Positions 51,893 to 64,000 of a stretch of DNA of 64,000 nucleotides are shown in pieces. The notes beneath the pieces are model-generated. The model was not told where the DNA came from. It ran no database searches and saw only the letters and a program-made list of their open reading frames with translations. The DNA lies in the NCBI GenBank assembly GCA_964270895.1, contig OZ185435.1, one strand, 5' to 3'. Source of the DNA: Podarcis filfolensis. Its lineage: Eukaryota. The translations under genes and the position numbers were made by a program. Within the stretch, counting starts at the first letter, position 1. Each line of letters opens with the position of its first letter.

Positions 51893-51944
<52 letters not shown>
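51866..51944. repeat. (TG)n followed by (ATATAC)n microsatellite
   Basis: Direct inspection. Confidence 0.95.
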
Positions 51945-51945
51945 G

Positions 51946-52171
51946 CAATGGTACCTCTGGTTAAGAACTTAATTCGTTCCGGAGGTCCATTCTTAATTTG
52001 AAAATTTTCTTAACCTGAGGTACCACATTAACTAATAGGGCCTCCCGCTGCCGCCGCGCCACCACTGCACGATTTCTGTTCTCATGCTGAGGTAAAGTTC
52101 TTAACCCGAGGTACTATTTCTGGGTTAGCGGAGTTTGTAACCTGAAGCGTTTGTAACCCGAGGTACCACTG
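51946..52171. mobile_element. Tigger-like MITE, copy 9
   Basis: TIRs with one mismatch. Confidence 0.88.
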
Positions 52172-52351
52172 TATTGCCACATTCTTTATCCTTGTTTACA
52201 TTGTATTGCATTTTCCATTTTGCCACCCATCCCCTCAGTTTGGAGAGGTCCTTTTGGAGCTCTTCATAATCTCTTTTTGTTTTAATGATCCTGAACTATT
52301 TTGCATCATCATCAAGCTCGGTCACCTCACTGCTCACCTATAACTCTAGAT

Positions 52352-52567
52352 CCGTGGTTCCCAATGTGGGGCACATGTCCCACAGGTGGGCAATTTGATG
52401 GGGGGGGTGATTCGAGAATGAATTATTAACAGTGAATGGCCTTTTAGGCTTCCTCCATGTGAATAGGAGTTCACCTTTTGAAAAGTAAGAATTATATGTC
52501 ACGGGGGGCATCAGGATTTTAGAGATGCTTAGGTGAGGCATGGCCAAAAAAATGTTGGGAACCACTG
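52352..52567. mobile_element. hAT MITE (CAGTGGTTCCCAA TIR)
   Basis: Perfect 8-bp TSD CTCTAGAT (52344-52351 / 52568-52575). Confidence 0.88.
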
Positions 52568-53592
52568 CTCTAGATCATCTATGAACAAGCAAAAAAAGCA
52601 CAGGTCCCAATAACAAGCCTTGGGTGGGGGTGTTTTTTCACTTTCTACACCTCTCCATTCAGAGAACTATCTGTTTATTCTTCCCTTATCCAATTCCTGA
52701 TGCACAAGAGGACCTCTCCTTTTATTTCATGACTGCTAAGCTTCCTTAGGAGTCTTTGGTGAGAATTCCAGTGTTAACAAGGAGGAGTTGTGAAGAAGGG
52801 GACTCTTCATTCATTTACAAAGGGAGAAGACCCACGCAGACAATGGAAGTATGCTCAGTGTTGCCTCCCTCACTGAAGTAAAAAGTGGAGTTTATGCATA
52901 CATCAGAATGCCTTCTCTCTCTCTCTCTCTGTACCTTTGAAGTCCTCTTTATTTCAGAGCTGAATAAATAGCAAGGCAGAGAGAATGAACGAGTGCTATA
53001 GAACTCTTCACCACCATCCCAGTTTTGCAATGAAATAAGCTTAGCTCCAGCAGATGGTACCCTGTGCAGTGCCTGAAATAAAATGGAGAATTAGGGTGCC
53101 CTAAGGTGTGCACAGGGAAAGCAATTACATGAAATAAATGGGCCTCAGGCCTAGATGATGCTCAAGTATGCTACACAAGAGACAGATAGTACATCTGGTG
53201 AACAGATTTTATCACACACTGGAAAGCTATAAAGCACGCTGTTGCTTTTCAGTCCTTGGTTTCCGAAAGACATTTTACCTGTGTTGGTATTTGGTGCTGT
53301 TTATTTTTAAGGGTGACGTAATCTCAACGATGCGTTTTCTCAAAACTGTCTCTCCCTCCCCCCCCCCTCCCCACATTGAGAAAACAATGTCTTCGGTTTC
53401 TTGGAAAGGTTGGTAGAACAAAATGTATTTTCGCGCACAGACAAAACACACACACACACAAATACTCCTACTGCAGCATATCATGCTTTTATTTAATATA
53501 TCATTCCACTGATGTGATTTTCGTAATGGGATTATACTTGTCAGAGCTCCCTGCTTTGGAGGAGCTAGAAGCTTTTCATTGTTAACTCTCAC

Positions 53593-53628
53593 CTTGCCGC
53601 AACAATGCAAGGTTTCATGGTTTGTAAC
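53593..53628 (-). other. Candidate 36-nt exon
   Basis: tttcag acceptor and AAG/gtgaga donor. Phase-0 reading VTNHETLHCCGK. Weak polypyrimidine tract. Confidence 0.2.
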
Positions 53629-54394
53629 CTGAAACCCAGTCATGATTTATGTAGCTTTAACGAGGGGAGGGGGGACATTTATGGTTTAATTCCTACTGGA
53701 TGCTTATCTAGGATTAAGCTCATTGAATACTCAAGGGCTTACTTCTGATATACAGACACAGAATTCCGTTGCATTATGAACACAGCGGGTGGGTGGGTGT
53801 GCGCACACACACACACACACCTGTGCATATACTGGTGTCTGCTTTATACTAAAAAAAACCACCCTGACCTGCTTTTCTAAATATTGTGCTTTCTATTAAA
53901 AACTTAACACCAATTTCAGCCTGGCAAATACCACAGAACCTCTCTGGGGGCACCAGTGAACACTGCCATGGAAACTCCAGTGCTCGGTTTGCTGCTTTTA
54001 CCAACAAATGAAATAAATTTGAGACTACTAGACCAGTAGTCTCAGTGTGATGTAGGGATTAAAAGTCCCTGCCAACTTCCCCCCTACTGCACCCCAGCCC
54101 AAGATATTTGCACACTAGGTGGCCTGGGAAGTCCTGATTGCCCAGGTCTCCCAATTCTACATTCAACTGGGCTCCCCCCTCCCCTGCCAGGCCCGAGAGA
54201 GGACAGACATTCGCACTGGGAGCAGGAACAGCACAGAGCACATAAGCACACCAGGAGCACATGGAGGGAGCTTCTGAAAATCAATCCAAATGGGGGGGGG
54301 GATTCTCTGCCGCAAGATGTATCTATAATGGCCGCTAACTAGGGGTGTGGGATAAATTTGATTCAGTTCACATTTAAAGGTAAACATGCCCAAG

Positions 54395-55042
54395 TCACAT
54401 GCATGACATTACATATGCTATCAAATGCTAACAGTGCCCTTCAGCTCTCTGTACTGGACAAACAGAACAAACCTTACGCCAAAGAATAAATGAACATAAA
54501 TCTGACATCAGGAATAGGTAAAGGTAAAGGGACTCCAGTCGTGGACAACTTGGGTTGCGGCGCTCATCTCGCATTATTGGTCGAGGGAGCCGGCGTACAG
54601 CTTCCGGGTCATGTGGCCAGCATGACGAAGCCGCTTCTGGAGAACCAGAGCAGCGTGCGGAAACGCCGTTTACCTTCCCGCCAGAGTGGTACCTATTTAT
54701 CTACTTGCACTTTGTGATTTCGAACTGCTAGGTTGGCAGGAGCAGGGACCAAGCAATGGGAGCTCACCCCGTCGTGGGGATTCGAACCGCCAACCTTCTG
54801 ATCAGCAAGTCCTAGGCTCTGTGGTTTAACCCACAGCGCCACCCGCGTCCCAGACATCAGGAATAAGAGAAACCAATAGGAGAACACTTCAATCTCCCAG
54901 GACATTCTATACAAGATCTTAAAGTATAAGGTTGTAGCGACCTCTGCTTCAGAGTATCTGAAGAAGTGTATCTGAAGAAGTATCTGAAGAAAGCTCATAC
55001 CTAGAAAGCTTATTCTTAGTTGGTCTTTAAGGTGCTACTGGA
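54395..55042 (+). mobile_element. Penelope-like retroelement fragment (GIY-YIG endonuclease region) split by a SINE
   Basis: Joined reading TYAIKCxQCPSALCTGQTEQTLRQRINEHKSDIRN...EKPIGEHFNLPGHSIQDLKV and 3' gtctttaaggtgctactgg. Confidence 0.8.
54517..54851 (-). mobile_element. Full-length Sauria SINE
   Basis: 13-bp TSD GACATCAGGAATA (54504-54516 / 54853-54865). Confidence 0.93.
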
Positions 55043-55127
55043 ACATCTTTCAATAATTTTTAAAATTATCTTTCATCATTGTTATTTATGCCCAAGTCAC
55101 AGTTTCTGAAATGCTTTCCCTTCTGCA

Positions 55128-55523
55128 GTGACTAAAGGCAGATTCCCACACACTCCATATCAAGCCTGTTTGTGTGCCTGCAACCAAGAAGTACCAGATT
55201 CAATGGACCACATTCTCATAGACTGCCCTTTACATGGCAGACCTCACCAACGGCTGCTGAGTAAGATGTTGGATCTCCGGTCCACAACTCCAAGAAGAAG
55301 CTCTGGTAGCTTCCTTTTTAGCCACAATTTTACCTGAAAGGGTTCCCAACGAACCATGCCTTCGGGAAATAGACTGGGTGTAGCAGAATATCTGAATGCG
55401 CATAACCACAGTGTGACCCTATCACCCTTGACAGCTCCACCCTTGTCCTATTAATTATCCCAGTGATTTGAAACATTTTCTATTGTGATGCCAATAAAGG
55501 GATTTGATTTGATTTGATTTGAT
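55128..55523 (+). mobile_element. Non-LTR retroelement 3' end with Cys/His motif and (TGATT)n tail (RTEX/L2-group-like)
   Basis: ORF KGRFPHTPYQACLCACNQEVPDSMDHILIDCPLH, then gccaataaa and (gattt)n. Confidence 0.6.
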
Positions 55524-56953
55524 ACAATATGGTGACCTCAACTCCGCCATTTTTCAAAAATCCTCACTTCCGTAAATTTTGCAGTGTAGTTCTCAAGCCA
55601 GCAATGTGTAGAAAAATGCACAAACTGAGGGAAAGTGTGCAGGAAAACGGATATATTAGTGGAGATGACATAGGAAAATGCATTATTTTAGGGGAAATTG
55701 CTTTGCGTGGATGTGTTTATGAGGAAAAAATACATACAAAAATGTGTATATTAGGATAAATATTCATAAGGAGTTTTATTTTCTTAAACAACAACCACAG
55801 ACTGATGTGCAAATGTGGAGAACTGAATTCAAGATTGGGAAAAAATGAGAAAATGAAATTAACAGATTGGACCAACCTTAGCTCCAGTCTAGTTAGCTGT
55901 TTCAGGGCTATAGTTATATGCACCTAGGGTTGTGAGAAACCTAAAAGGTTGCTCCAAGCATCCCTGGAGGAAGAGTGGGATATAAATGTAAGGAAGTAAA
56001 AGATATAAATAAATTCATGGACAGCACTTGTGAATACTCTGGGCTAATACGAATGTGGGAGGCGTCAGAGCAGATGTTAGAAATGCAATTTGTGGAAAAT
56101 GTGTATAAAATGAAGGGAAATTAAAATGCTCTCTAAGGGAGTGTTTGCAAGTTCAGGCAATTTTTTAATTTTGTTTTTTACAAAACATACAGACAAATGC
56201 TACTTCCCCCATAGGTTCATAATCTAATAAATTCTACCACGTGAAATCAGTTCTCAGGCACTGTAAAGCAATGCTGCTTCCATAAAATCAGCAGAGCAGA
56301 GACATTTTACACCAATGGTTCTGATGAGAAAGAAGGCACACACATCCCAGAAACATGATTTGCTCAAGGTTGTCATGCAAATATTGTTTAAGGAAATTAT
56401 TCCATAAAGGAAATTGCTGATCCTACAAGTGACTACACTCCATTGAAAGGTGTTCTATTTAAAGACTATTTATCAACACAAAATACACAGATAATTCACA
56501 TCTCCTCCCAGACCGCACTAATGAATGCTGAAAGCTTTGCGAAATCCCAGCTGAAATAAATTAGGAACAAGATCTTTTCGAAACATAAAGACCACCAAAA
56601 AAACAACAACCCAGATTTTTTCTCATATGAAATTGTCTCAGATTTTCAAGCAGTGTGTCTGTCAACCAGTCATTGTCTGGAGGATCATAACAGCAGAAAT
56701 GGACAGCGTTGAAGAATTAGGATAAAAGCTGGCTTTTTATTTATGTCCTTTTAGATAAAGAAACTTAATTTTATCACTTTTTTCTCGGGGGAGAGATTGG
56801 GCGTGGAAAGAGCTCAGAAGAATGATGATCATAAGATGCTGCTGCAATTTAAAATCATCCGACAAAACCAGCCCAAACAAACAACCTTTAATTTCTACCT
56901 ACAGACTGTACAACCAACAATAAATCTTTAAAAGATCATAATGCCATGCTAAT

Positions 56954-57313
56954 GGGACGCGGGTGGCGCTGTGGGTAAAACCTCAGCGCCTAGGACTTGC
57001 CGATCGCATGGTCGGCGGTTCGAATCCCCGCGGCGGGGTGCGCTCCCGTTGCTCGGTCCCAGCGCCTGCCAACCTAGAAGTTCGAAAGCACCCCCGTGTG
57101 CAAGTAGATAAATAGGGACCGCTTTATAGCGGGAAGGTAAACGGTGTTCCGTGTGCTGCTCTGGTGCCGGTTCGCCGGAGCAGCTTCGTCACGCTGGCCA
57201 CGTGACCCGGAAGTGTCTGCGGACAGCGCTGGCTCCCGGCCTCTAGAGTGAGATGAGCGCACAACCCTAGAGTCTGTCAAGACTGGCCCGTACGGGCAGG
57301 GGTACCTTTACCT
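56954..57313 (+). mobile_element. Full-length Sauria SINE (second subfamily)
   Basis: Head GGGACGCGGGTGGCGCTG and 15-bp TSD TAATGCCATGCTAAT (56939-56953 / 57314-57328). CpGs largely intact. Confidence 0.95.
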
Positions 57314-57645
57314 TAATGCCATGCTAATCCTAAACACATTTGCTTAGAATCCCCATTGATTTCTATAGAGCAGTCTTCCAAGAAAATGAGTTTAGGATGG
57401 GCGTATTTTGCACCAAATGTCCATTGTAGCTTTTCAAATGCCTTGACATTTACACAAATGACCAGAAGGCTTCCAAAGCTTTAAGACAATCAGATGGTTA
57501 AATGAATTGGGTTGTTGCAATGGCAGCTATCTACAGGATACCTGATAATGGTAGGCCAGGTTCTGATATACCTGTACTGCTGCAACTGCGCTGTTAATTT
57601 TCTGTGTTTGTTGCTAGCCTCTGCATCCAAACCTACAGCTACAGT

Positions 57646-57647
57646 TG

Positions 57648-57690
<43 letters not shown>
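57646..57690. repeat. (TG)n microsatellite
   Basis: Direct inspection. Confidence 0.95.
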
Positions 57691-57693
<3 letters not shown>

Positions 57694-60600
57694 AGTTATG
57701 TAGTCAGATCTACCAGTTATTCCATGGACATTCCACACTCTAGTTACAGCATGGAAATGATTCCACGCTATCATAGAATTGCACAACAATGTATGTGTTT
57801 GTTTCTATGTACTGTACTTACTACACCCTATATTGTAGGCTCTGAGGGGCTCACATCTCTATCCGCAAACAGTCCCACGCAAAATGGAGCACTTCTAAAT
57901 CCAATTGATTTCAATAGGAGACTTGAGCATGTGCTGAAGAAACCAAAGGGACTGTAAAATATTTAAGGGAACAAATTAAAAAGAATTTTATTCCCAATTA
58001 TATTTCTCCTATTCTCCTTTGGTTGGTCCAACCCCCTCTCCGAAATCCAGCTCCTTCACAATGTACACAGTGAAAATGCTGCAATTCCATTTTACCTCCT
58101 GGCTTCTCCTCTGCCTCCACCACAATCTCAGATCACACACAAGACAGATCTGAAAGGAACACAGAAATTGCCAGAGTCCCTTCCCCTTCCATATTCTTCT
58201 TGTGTGTGTGGGTTTTAAAGATATTCATGACTCTTAAACAGCTGCTAGGGTGGACCTTAACTGGTGTTTCATGTAAAACAGCAGCTGGGGAAGATGGCGG
58301 CCATGACAGTTTATTTGCTGCTTCTTTCCCTTCACGGCAGAGATGTGGGGTGGGTGGCCCTACAGATCTTGTTGAACTCCCAACTCCCATCAGCTGCAGC
58401 CAGCATGACCAGTGATTAGGGAAGTTGGGAACTGTAACCCAGCAATGTTTTGAGTGCCTGAGGTTTTGCATCCCTACTTAGTCGTTGGGCAGAGTAGCTT
58501 CTTGGGAGAGAATATGCTGCTCTGCTTCACAAAGGCTATATTTGACAGATCATGATCTTTATTCTATAAAGATCTTATTCATAGTGTTTTTGGAAAATGC
58601 TAAAATCTTCAAGGTAGCGAATGTAGCCTTTCTTTGTATTTTGTCACTGACAACTCCATAGTTAAGGATCATATTCTTTAATATTATATAATAAAAACAG
58701 ATTAAGAGAGGGAGGGAAGGAGGAAGGAAGAGAGTGTGTAATTTCCATGTTGAATAGCCTACAAATACATTGGTGCCAAACAAGAAACTTGGTGCAATAA
58801 GACAAACAACAATAATACAGAGGGTGATGAAAAGCTAAAAAGAGTGAAAGCTTTCTCAATAACAGACCGGCTGTTTTACGCCTTCACATTCACAGACAAA
58901 TAAATGGACTTTTCATTCCCACTCTCCCTTTGGCAAAGCCAAATGAGGAAAAAAAAACTGGTATGGTCATCAAACAGAAAGCAATAGCAAATATTGCAAA
59001 AGTGTCACTAATTGACAGCATTATAAAATTATTTTATCCACCCACAAAAAGCCTTTATAAGCTGAATATTTTTGGTATCATAAAAGTCAAGCCCAACCTA
59101 TAATAAGAACTCTGTGATTTTCAAACATGATTAGTATTGCATGTACCGCACGGGTAAATTGTGTTAGTCTGCTTGAAGACTTTTTTTTTTACTGTTCAGA
59201 GGAGAGCTTTTAAAATAGCACAAAAGATTAATGGAGAAAATAATATTCCAAATGATATTAAGTCGAGCTCCTCACTTCCTTCTGCCCAATATCCTAGTTC
59301 AAGTCAGTAGGAATACTCAGAAAAAGTGGTTTACTGTCATCCTAAATCACATAGGATGCAGATAAAAATGTTTGTGTCGTAGTTGATATTATACTATTGA
59401 AATATGTCCAGTAAAAAAAAGATCGCTGGAGACTGCTATGGTGACCTAAGGGATGGTAGATCACAGGTCCCTCACTGCTGCCCTAGCGCCACCATGCTAG
59501 AGCATCATAGTCAGGGAACTGATTTCAGGGGTGGGGAAGAGATGAACTCTGGGGTGAACATGGCCAGAATTTAGGATTGCCATATGCCCTCTTTTTCCAG
59601 GACACATCCTCTTTTTCATGTTGTCACAGCAATCCATAGTTGAAAGTGGGATTCTGCAAACGTGTCCTCTTTTTTGCTCTTCAAAATATGGCAACCCATA
59701 TTACAACAAGCTGATGGGGTGAACCATTCTTTCTCCCCCAGAAAAGCCCAGTGTCAGGCTTCGGGGAATGGGCTTCCTCCCCCGTGGCTGTGAAAGATAA
59801 CATCAAATGAAAGGAACGTCTTACCAGTTATATTCTTTAATCATCACAGTGAGAGAGAAAAGAACATTTCTCCTAGAAATGGCGGTGCTCCCAATTAAGG
59901 TTCACTCCCCTACCCTCCGTCCCTATTAATCCATGTCACTCCTACATCTTGTAAAGTGAGCTTGTACCCTCTGTGCTTTCTGTTCTAACACTTTCTGAAC
60001 TCTTCATCTTTGGGGAAGGGGAGTGAAGCTGTTTAGAGACTGTAAATCTGTTAACTCTTTCTCTTCTAGTGTTTATTCTCCTAGCTGTTCCCCATCCAGT
60101 ATTTCCCAGCTTCTGCCTTCTGAACTGTGCCCCTCTGCAAACCACTGTTCCAAATCTATACTGTCCTCCTGCTCCTGGGAAGAATCAGGATCAGGAGGGG
60201 GGGGCTCCCACCATTCTTCCTCAGCACAGCCCCTGACACCCAGGAGCATTAGGGGTGGTGGGGCAGGTTAATGAAGAAGAAGAGGAGGAGGAGGAGGAAG
60301 CAGGAGTGATGTGGAGTATGATGTGAGAGGAGAAGTGAAAGGAATGGGAGCAGGAGGATGGTGTGCGCGGGGGGAGGAAGAGGAAGGGGATGACAGAGGG
60401 AAGGCAATAGATGATTAAAAGTCTTTTGGGAATGGGGGGAAAGGCCATAGCTCACAGGTAGAGCAACTGCTTTGCATGCAGAAGAATCCACAGTGCCTCC
60501 AGGTAGGGCTGACAGAAACTTTCTGTCAGAAAACCAGAAGCATCCCTGACAATCGGTGTTGCCAATACTAAGCTACATGGACCAATGGCCTGGTTCACAG

Positions 60601-61500
60601 TAAGGCAGATTCTAATGTTCCCCTTTTTAACGGCTTTTAAAAAATAGATGTTTTGTGTATTCCACTCTGTCTCCTTCAACCCTGCTGCATGTTTAGTTTA
60701 TAGTCCGTCATTTTCTAATTTTTCATGGTCTACAGAGATGTTTACATCCCCCAAGACAGGTTTTCCAGCAGCGCCATCATCTGTGTGTTATTAACTAACC
60801 ACCAATTATCATTGTTACTTGGTGCTTCATTTTAGGCAAAGTTCATCAACAGTGTAGATAGAAGAAAGGGGTGTTTTCTGTCAATAACTCACAGACCAAA
60901 ATTAAACAGAGCATAATTATTGACCCAGTGACTCTGAATACTGAGTAGAATAACTTATTTTAAGAAGCCGCATGCTGTTTTGAAATCCGCAAACTAGGAG
61001 AGAGGGAATATAATGCCCAAATGTTACTTTAGCTTATAATATTCCATACCTTTTAGTGTGTGGTAGCACAGGCCTTACTTCCAGGTAAGTGGGTTGGCTT
61101 GCAACCGAAATTGTTTCCTGTGATTTGATGAAGTAACCAGGTAGTGAGCAGAACCTGGAATTTGATTCACATTTTACCTGCCTCTTCCTTTATCTGATTT
61201 CACATGTTATTTGCTTTACATTTTCCAGATTCAGCATTGCACTAAGGAAACAGTTCTGGTTTGCCAGATCAAACTATCCCTACTCTCCTCCCCTGCGTGT
61301 TGTTCCAAGGGCTCTCCCAACCCCAACACCACCAAGCTAATTTGGGGGGCATGGAGGGCACGTAAGGGGAAGAGGGAGGAAAGCCCCATTGTGCAGCTGG
61401 ACGTCCTTGCTCATGGCTTGTTAGGCAATCCCACCCATAGCATTTGGTACATGTATCTAAGACCACATTTGGCACAGTCTATATTTATAGCCTACAACTA

Positions 61501-61854
61501 GGTAAAGGTAAAGGGACCCCTGACCATTAGGTCCAGTCGTTGCCAACTCTAGGGTTGCGGTGCTTATCTTGCTTTATTGGCCAAGGGAGCCGGAGTACAG
61601 CTTCCGGGTCATGTGGCCAGCATGACTAAGCTGCTTCTGGCAAACCAGAGCAACACACGGAAACGCTGTTTACCTTCCCACCGGAGCGGTACCTATTTAT
61701 CTACTTGCACGTTGACGTGCTTTCAAACTGCTAGGTTGGCAGGAGCTGGTACCGAGCAACGGGAGCTCACCCCGTCGCGGGGATTCGAACTGCCGACCTT
61801 CTGATCAGCAAACCCTAGGCTTTGTGGTTTAACCCACAGCGCCACCCACGTCCC
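61501..61854 (-). mobile_element. Full-length Sauria SINE
   Basis: ~14-bp TSD TAGCCTACAACTAG (61488-61501 / 61858-61871). Confidence 0.93.
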
Positions 61855-63170
61855 ATTTAGCCTACAACTAGAGGTGTCAAATAAGTTTGATTCTGTTCAC
61901 ATTTAAATTTGTTTGCTTTATTTATTAATTTCATTTATATTCCACTCTTCCGCTTGAAGGAACCCAGGGCAGCACACTTAAAGTGAAAGGCAATCTTACC
62001 TAATTTGCACTTTCAAAAACAATATGAGAACCAAAACACAGAAGCACTTTGAAATTCACACTTCTCTGAATTTTGCAATATAGTTCTCCAATCAAGTAAT
62101 GTGTTCAAAAATGCATCTAGATTACTGTAAAGTGTGCACATAAATGCATATATCAGTTAAAATAACATACAAAAGTAAAATGTGCCATACTGGGGGAGCT
62201 GTGGGTATATTAGGAAAAATCATGCTAAAATGCTGAGGAATTTCATAAGGACTTTTTTTTTTTGAAAAAATTGAAAATTGAAAATTGGTGTGGAAATGGG
62301 GAGAAGCAAGAAATAAGGAACTGAGAGAAACCAAAACCAAAACAGATTAGCTCAATCCTACCTACAACGTACTAGGAGCATTGGTTACACACTGCGAAGA
62401 AAGAGTAAATGTATCACCAAAAATGGTGATGAAAAGGGTGTACAGATTTGCATAAAATCTGCATGTGCTCAGTCATCTGTATAGATGCTAGTATAGAAAT
62501 AATTGCTGTCATTTTTTAAAGACGTACAACAAATCTCACCATGGTGGGGAAGACAGGGATCAGGTGACTTGTGTGTCTGCTCAGTCTGCTGTCCAGTCGC
62601 TCATCGTTGATAGGAAACTTCAGAGGCTGCTGTTCTCCCTTCTTAGGATTTTTGGCTTTAAACCAGGCTTGAACCAGATAGCCACTCCAACAGAGGGCTC
62701 CAAAATAAAGATGTCTCTTCTGGCAGCCCTTCAAACAGAGGACCGTCCTCTGTAAAGTAGGAGACATGGCACGCCCTACAACTCACAACTAGATGAGAAA
62801 GAATGGAACCTCTAATAACAGGATGAAATGACAAGTCTATGCCATAACACTAAATGAACTAGTTCAGTCTAGAGCAGACTGTCTTACTTCAGATTATGTG
62901 GCTGAATTGCTCCTGCGTGAGGGGGGAGGAACCCTTAGCATGCCAAGGAAAAAGCTTGGCATCCTCAAACACGGCCCTCCAGCTGTTTTGGGACTACAAC
63001 TCCCATCATCCCTAGCTAACAGGACCAGTGGTCAGGGATGATGGGAATTGTAGTCCCAAAACAGCTGTACAAACATTTAAGATGGCACCAACCCAAGAAA
63101 CAACAGAGTTTATGCAAGCACCATGTGTATGTGAAATCTGAACATGTCAGAGCATAAGAATGAATAGACC

Positions 63171-63295
63171 CAGTGCTATTTTTCTAGAAAAAGAGGTGGC
63201 GGAACTCACCATTCCTTGTTATAATAGCAATGGAGCCCACCTGAGAGGTGCTGGAACTGAGTTCTGGTGAGTTCCAGCTGGAAAAAAAGACCATG
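63171..63295. mobile_element. Short hAT MITE (gaggtgccggaactc family), copy 4
   Basis: Collinear with 49968-50109. Confidence 0.75.
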
Positions 63296-64000
63296 TTTCC
63301 TCCCTCCAACTTCTCCAAGGTTAATTATTTCAAACCATTTTGTTCTTGGGGTGTCTTTTAGCCAAAGTGAGAACAACAACTTGGCCGATTTGTGGTCCTC
63401 TCAAGGACCTCACCTAATGCATCCATACAGTCTCATTTCCTTGTTGTGTGAAAATACACTGAGGAAATATGCAAAATGCCGTGGGTTGTTCCCAGACTCC
63501 CTTTCCCCTCCTACCTTTTGCCAAGCGAGTTCCTTCCCTTGGCACTGATCTCATTATGCATTTGTCAAAGATACGCTGTCACTTGAGCGCTTTTATTATG
63601 TGCAAGACTTGGCAACCCATCTCACCTTGGGGATTTGCTTATATCCTCTGTGTGTTATTGTACTGTTTTGGCATCCAGTAAATTCAGGACGCCCAACCTT
63701 TGATGTCCCTTCCAGCCCCTAAATGTGGAAACAATGACTGAAATTTTGGATCACAGCATCCCTTGGGCAGCAAGGCAGCATTGCTCTGTGATGCTCTACA
63801 GGAACGGAGGACGGAGGCCCACAACTAAAGCGCAGGCCAAGAATCCTTCGTAAACAGGACTAGCATCTCCAAATTCATAACCATGCAGGGAAGTGAAACA
63901 AAAGGTCTGAGGACAAAGAAAAAGGAAGATAGCAGTTTCCAATGGTACAAAGGGCGGGGGGGATGTCCAACGCTTTCTAAATATAGAGAAGAGCAAACCA

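Larger units (their letters stand above)
51690..52800 (-). mobile_element. CR1 LINE ORF2 (RT) fragment interrupted by two MITEs and microsatellites
   Basis: Minus readings LAVTDHERDCGVV..SSMKMLTQCAAAVKKAN (51780-51870) and a decayed KFADDxKL..ELQKDLSKL..W-like segment (52190-52335). Confidence 0.8.

Noticed and set aside
9005-52171. Recurrent repeats as a CRISPR-like array
   Set aside because: They are dispersed TIR elements with TA TSDs, not regularly spaced repeats, and the DNA is vertebrate.
62660-62775. Extension of the 62.5-kb candidate exon to an acceptor near 62750 (ORF 62516-62767)
   Set aside because: That part resembles a dispersed MITE remnant (similar sequence at about 59570-59700), so the long ORF is not credible.

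Overview
Eukaryotic (vertebrate) genomic DNA, almost certainly from a squamate lizard. Sauria SINEs with (ACCTTT)n tails, BovB/RTE 3' ends and tRNA-derived squamate SINEs point to this; lacertid origin is my inference. The window is a repeat-rich intronic or intergenic stretch. I found no complete protein-coding gene, rRNA, functional tRNA or CRISPR array. Nearly all ORFs in the supplied track are spurious or TE-derived. Recognisable content: 8 Sauria SINE loci, 9 copies of one Tigger/pogo-like MITE, many hAT-type MITEs with 8-bp TSDs, solo LTRs, fragments of RTE/BovB, L1, L2, CR1 and Penelope retroelements, and microsatellites. A few short minus-strand segments have strong splice signals and may be exons of an unidentified host gene. 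The most striking structure is the apparent CpG island at 44.0-44.8 kb. It lies inside an 882-bp composite hAT-like element with three terminal inverted repeats (TIRs) and a perfect 8-bp TSD, and appears to carry ~660 bp of extra GC-rich cargo. Related copies elsewhere in the window have different interiors and show progressive CpG decay. I found no evidence for a wholly new biological system beyond these TE capture and chimera phenomena.
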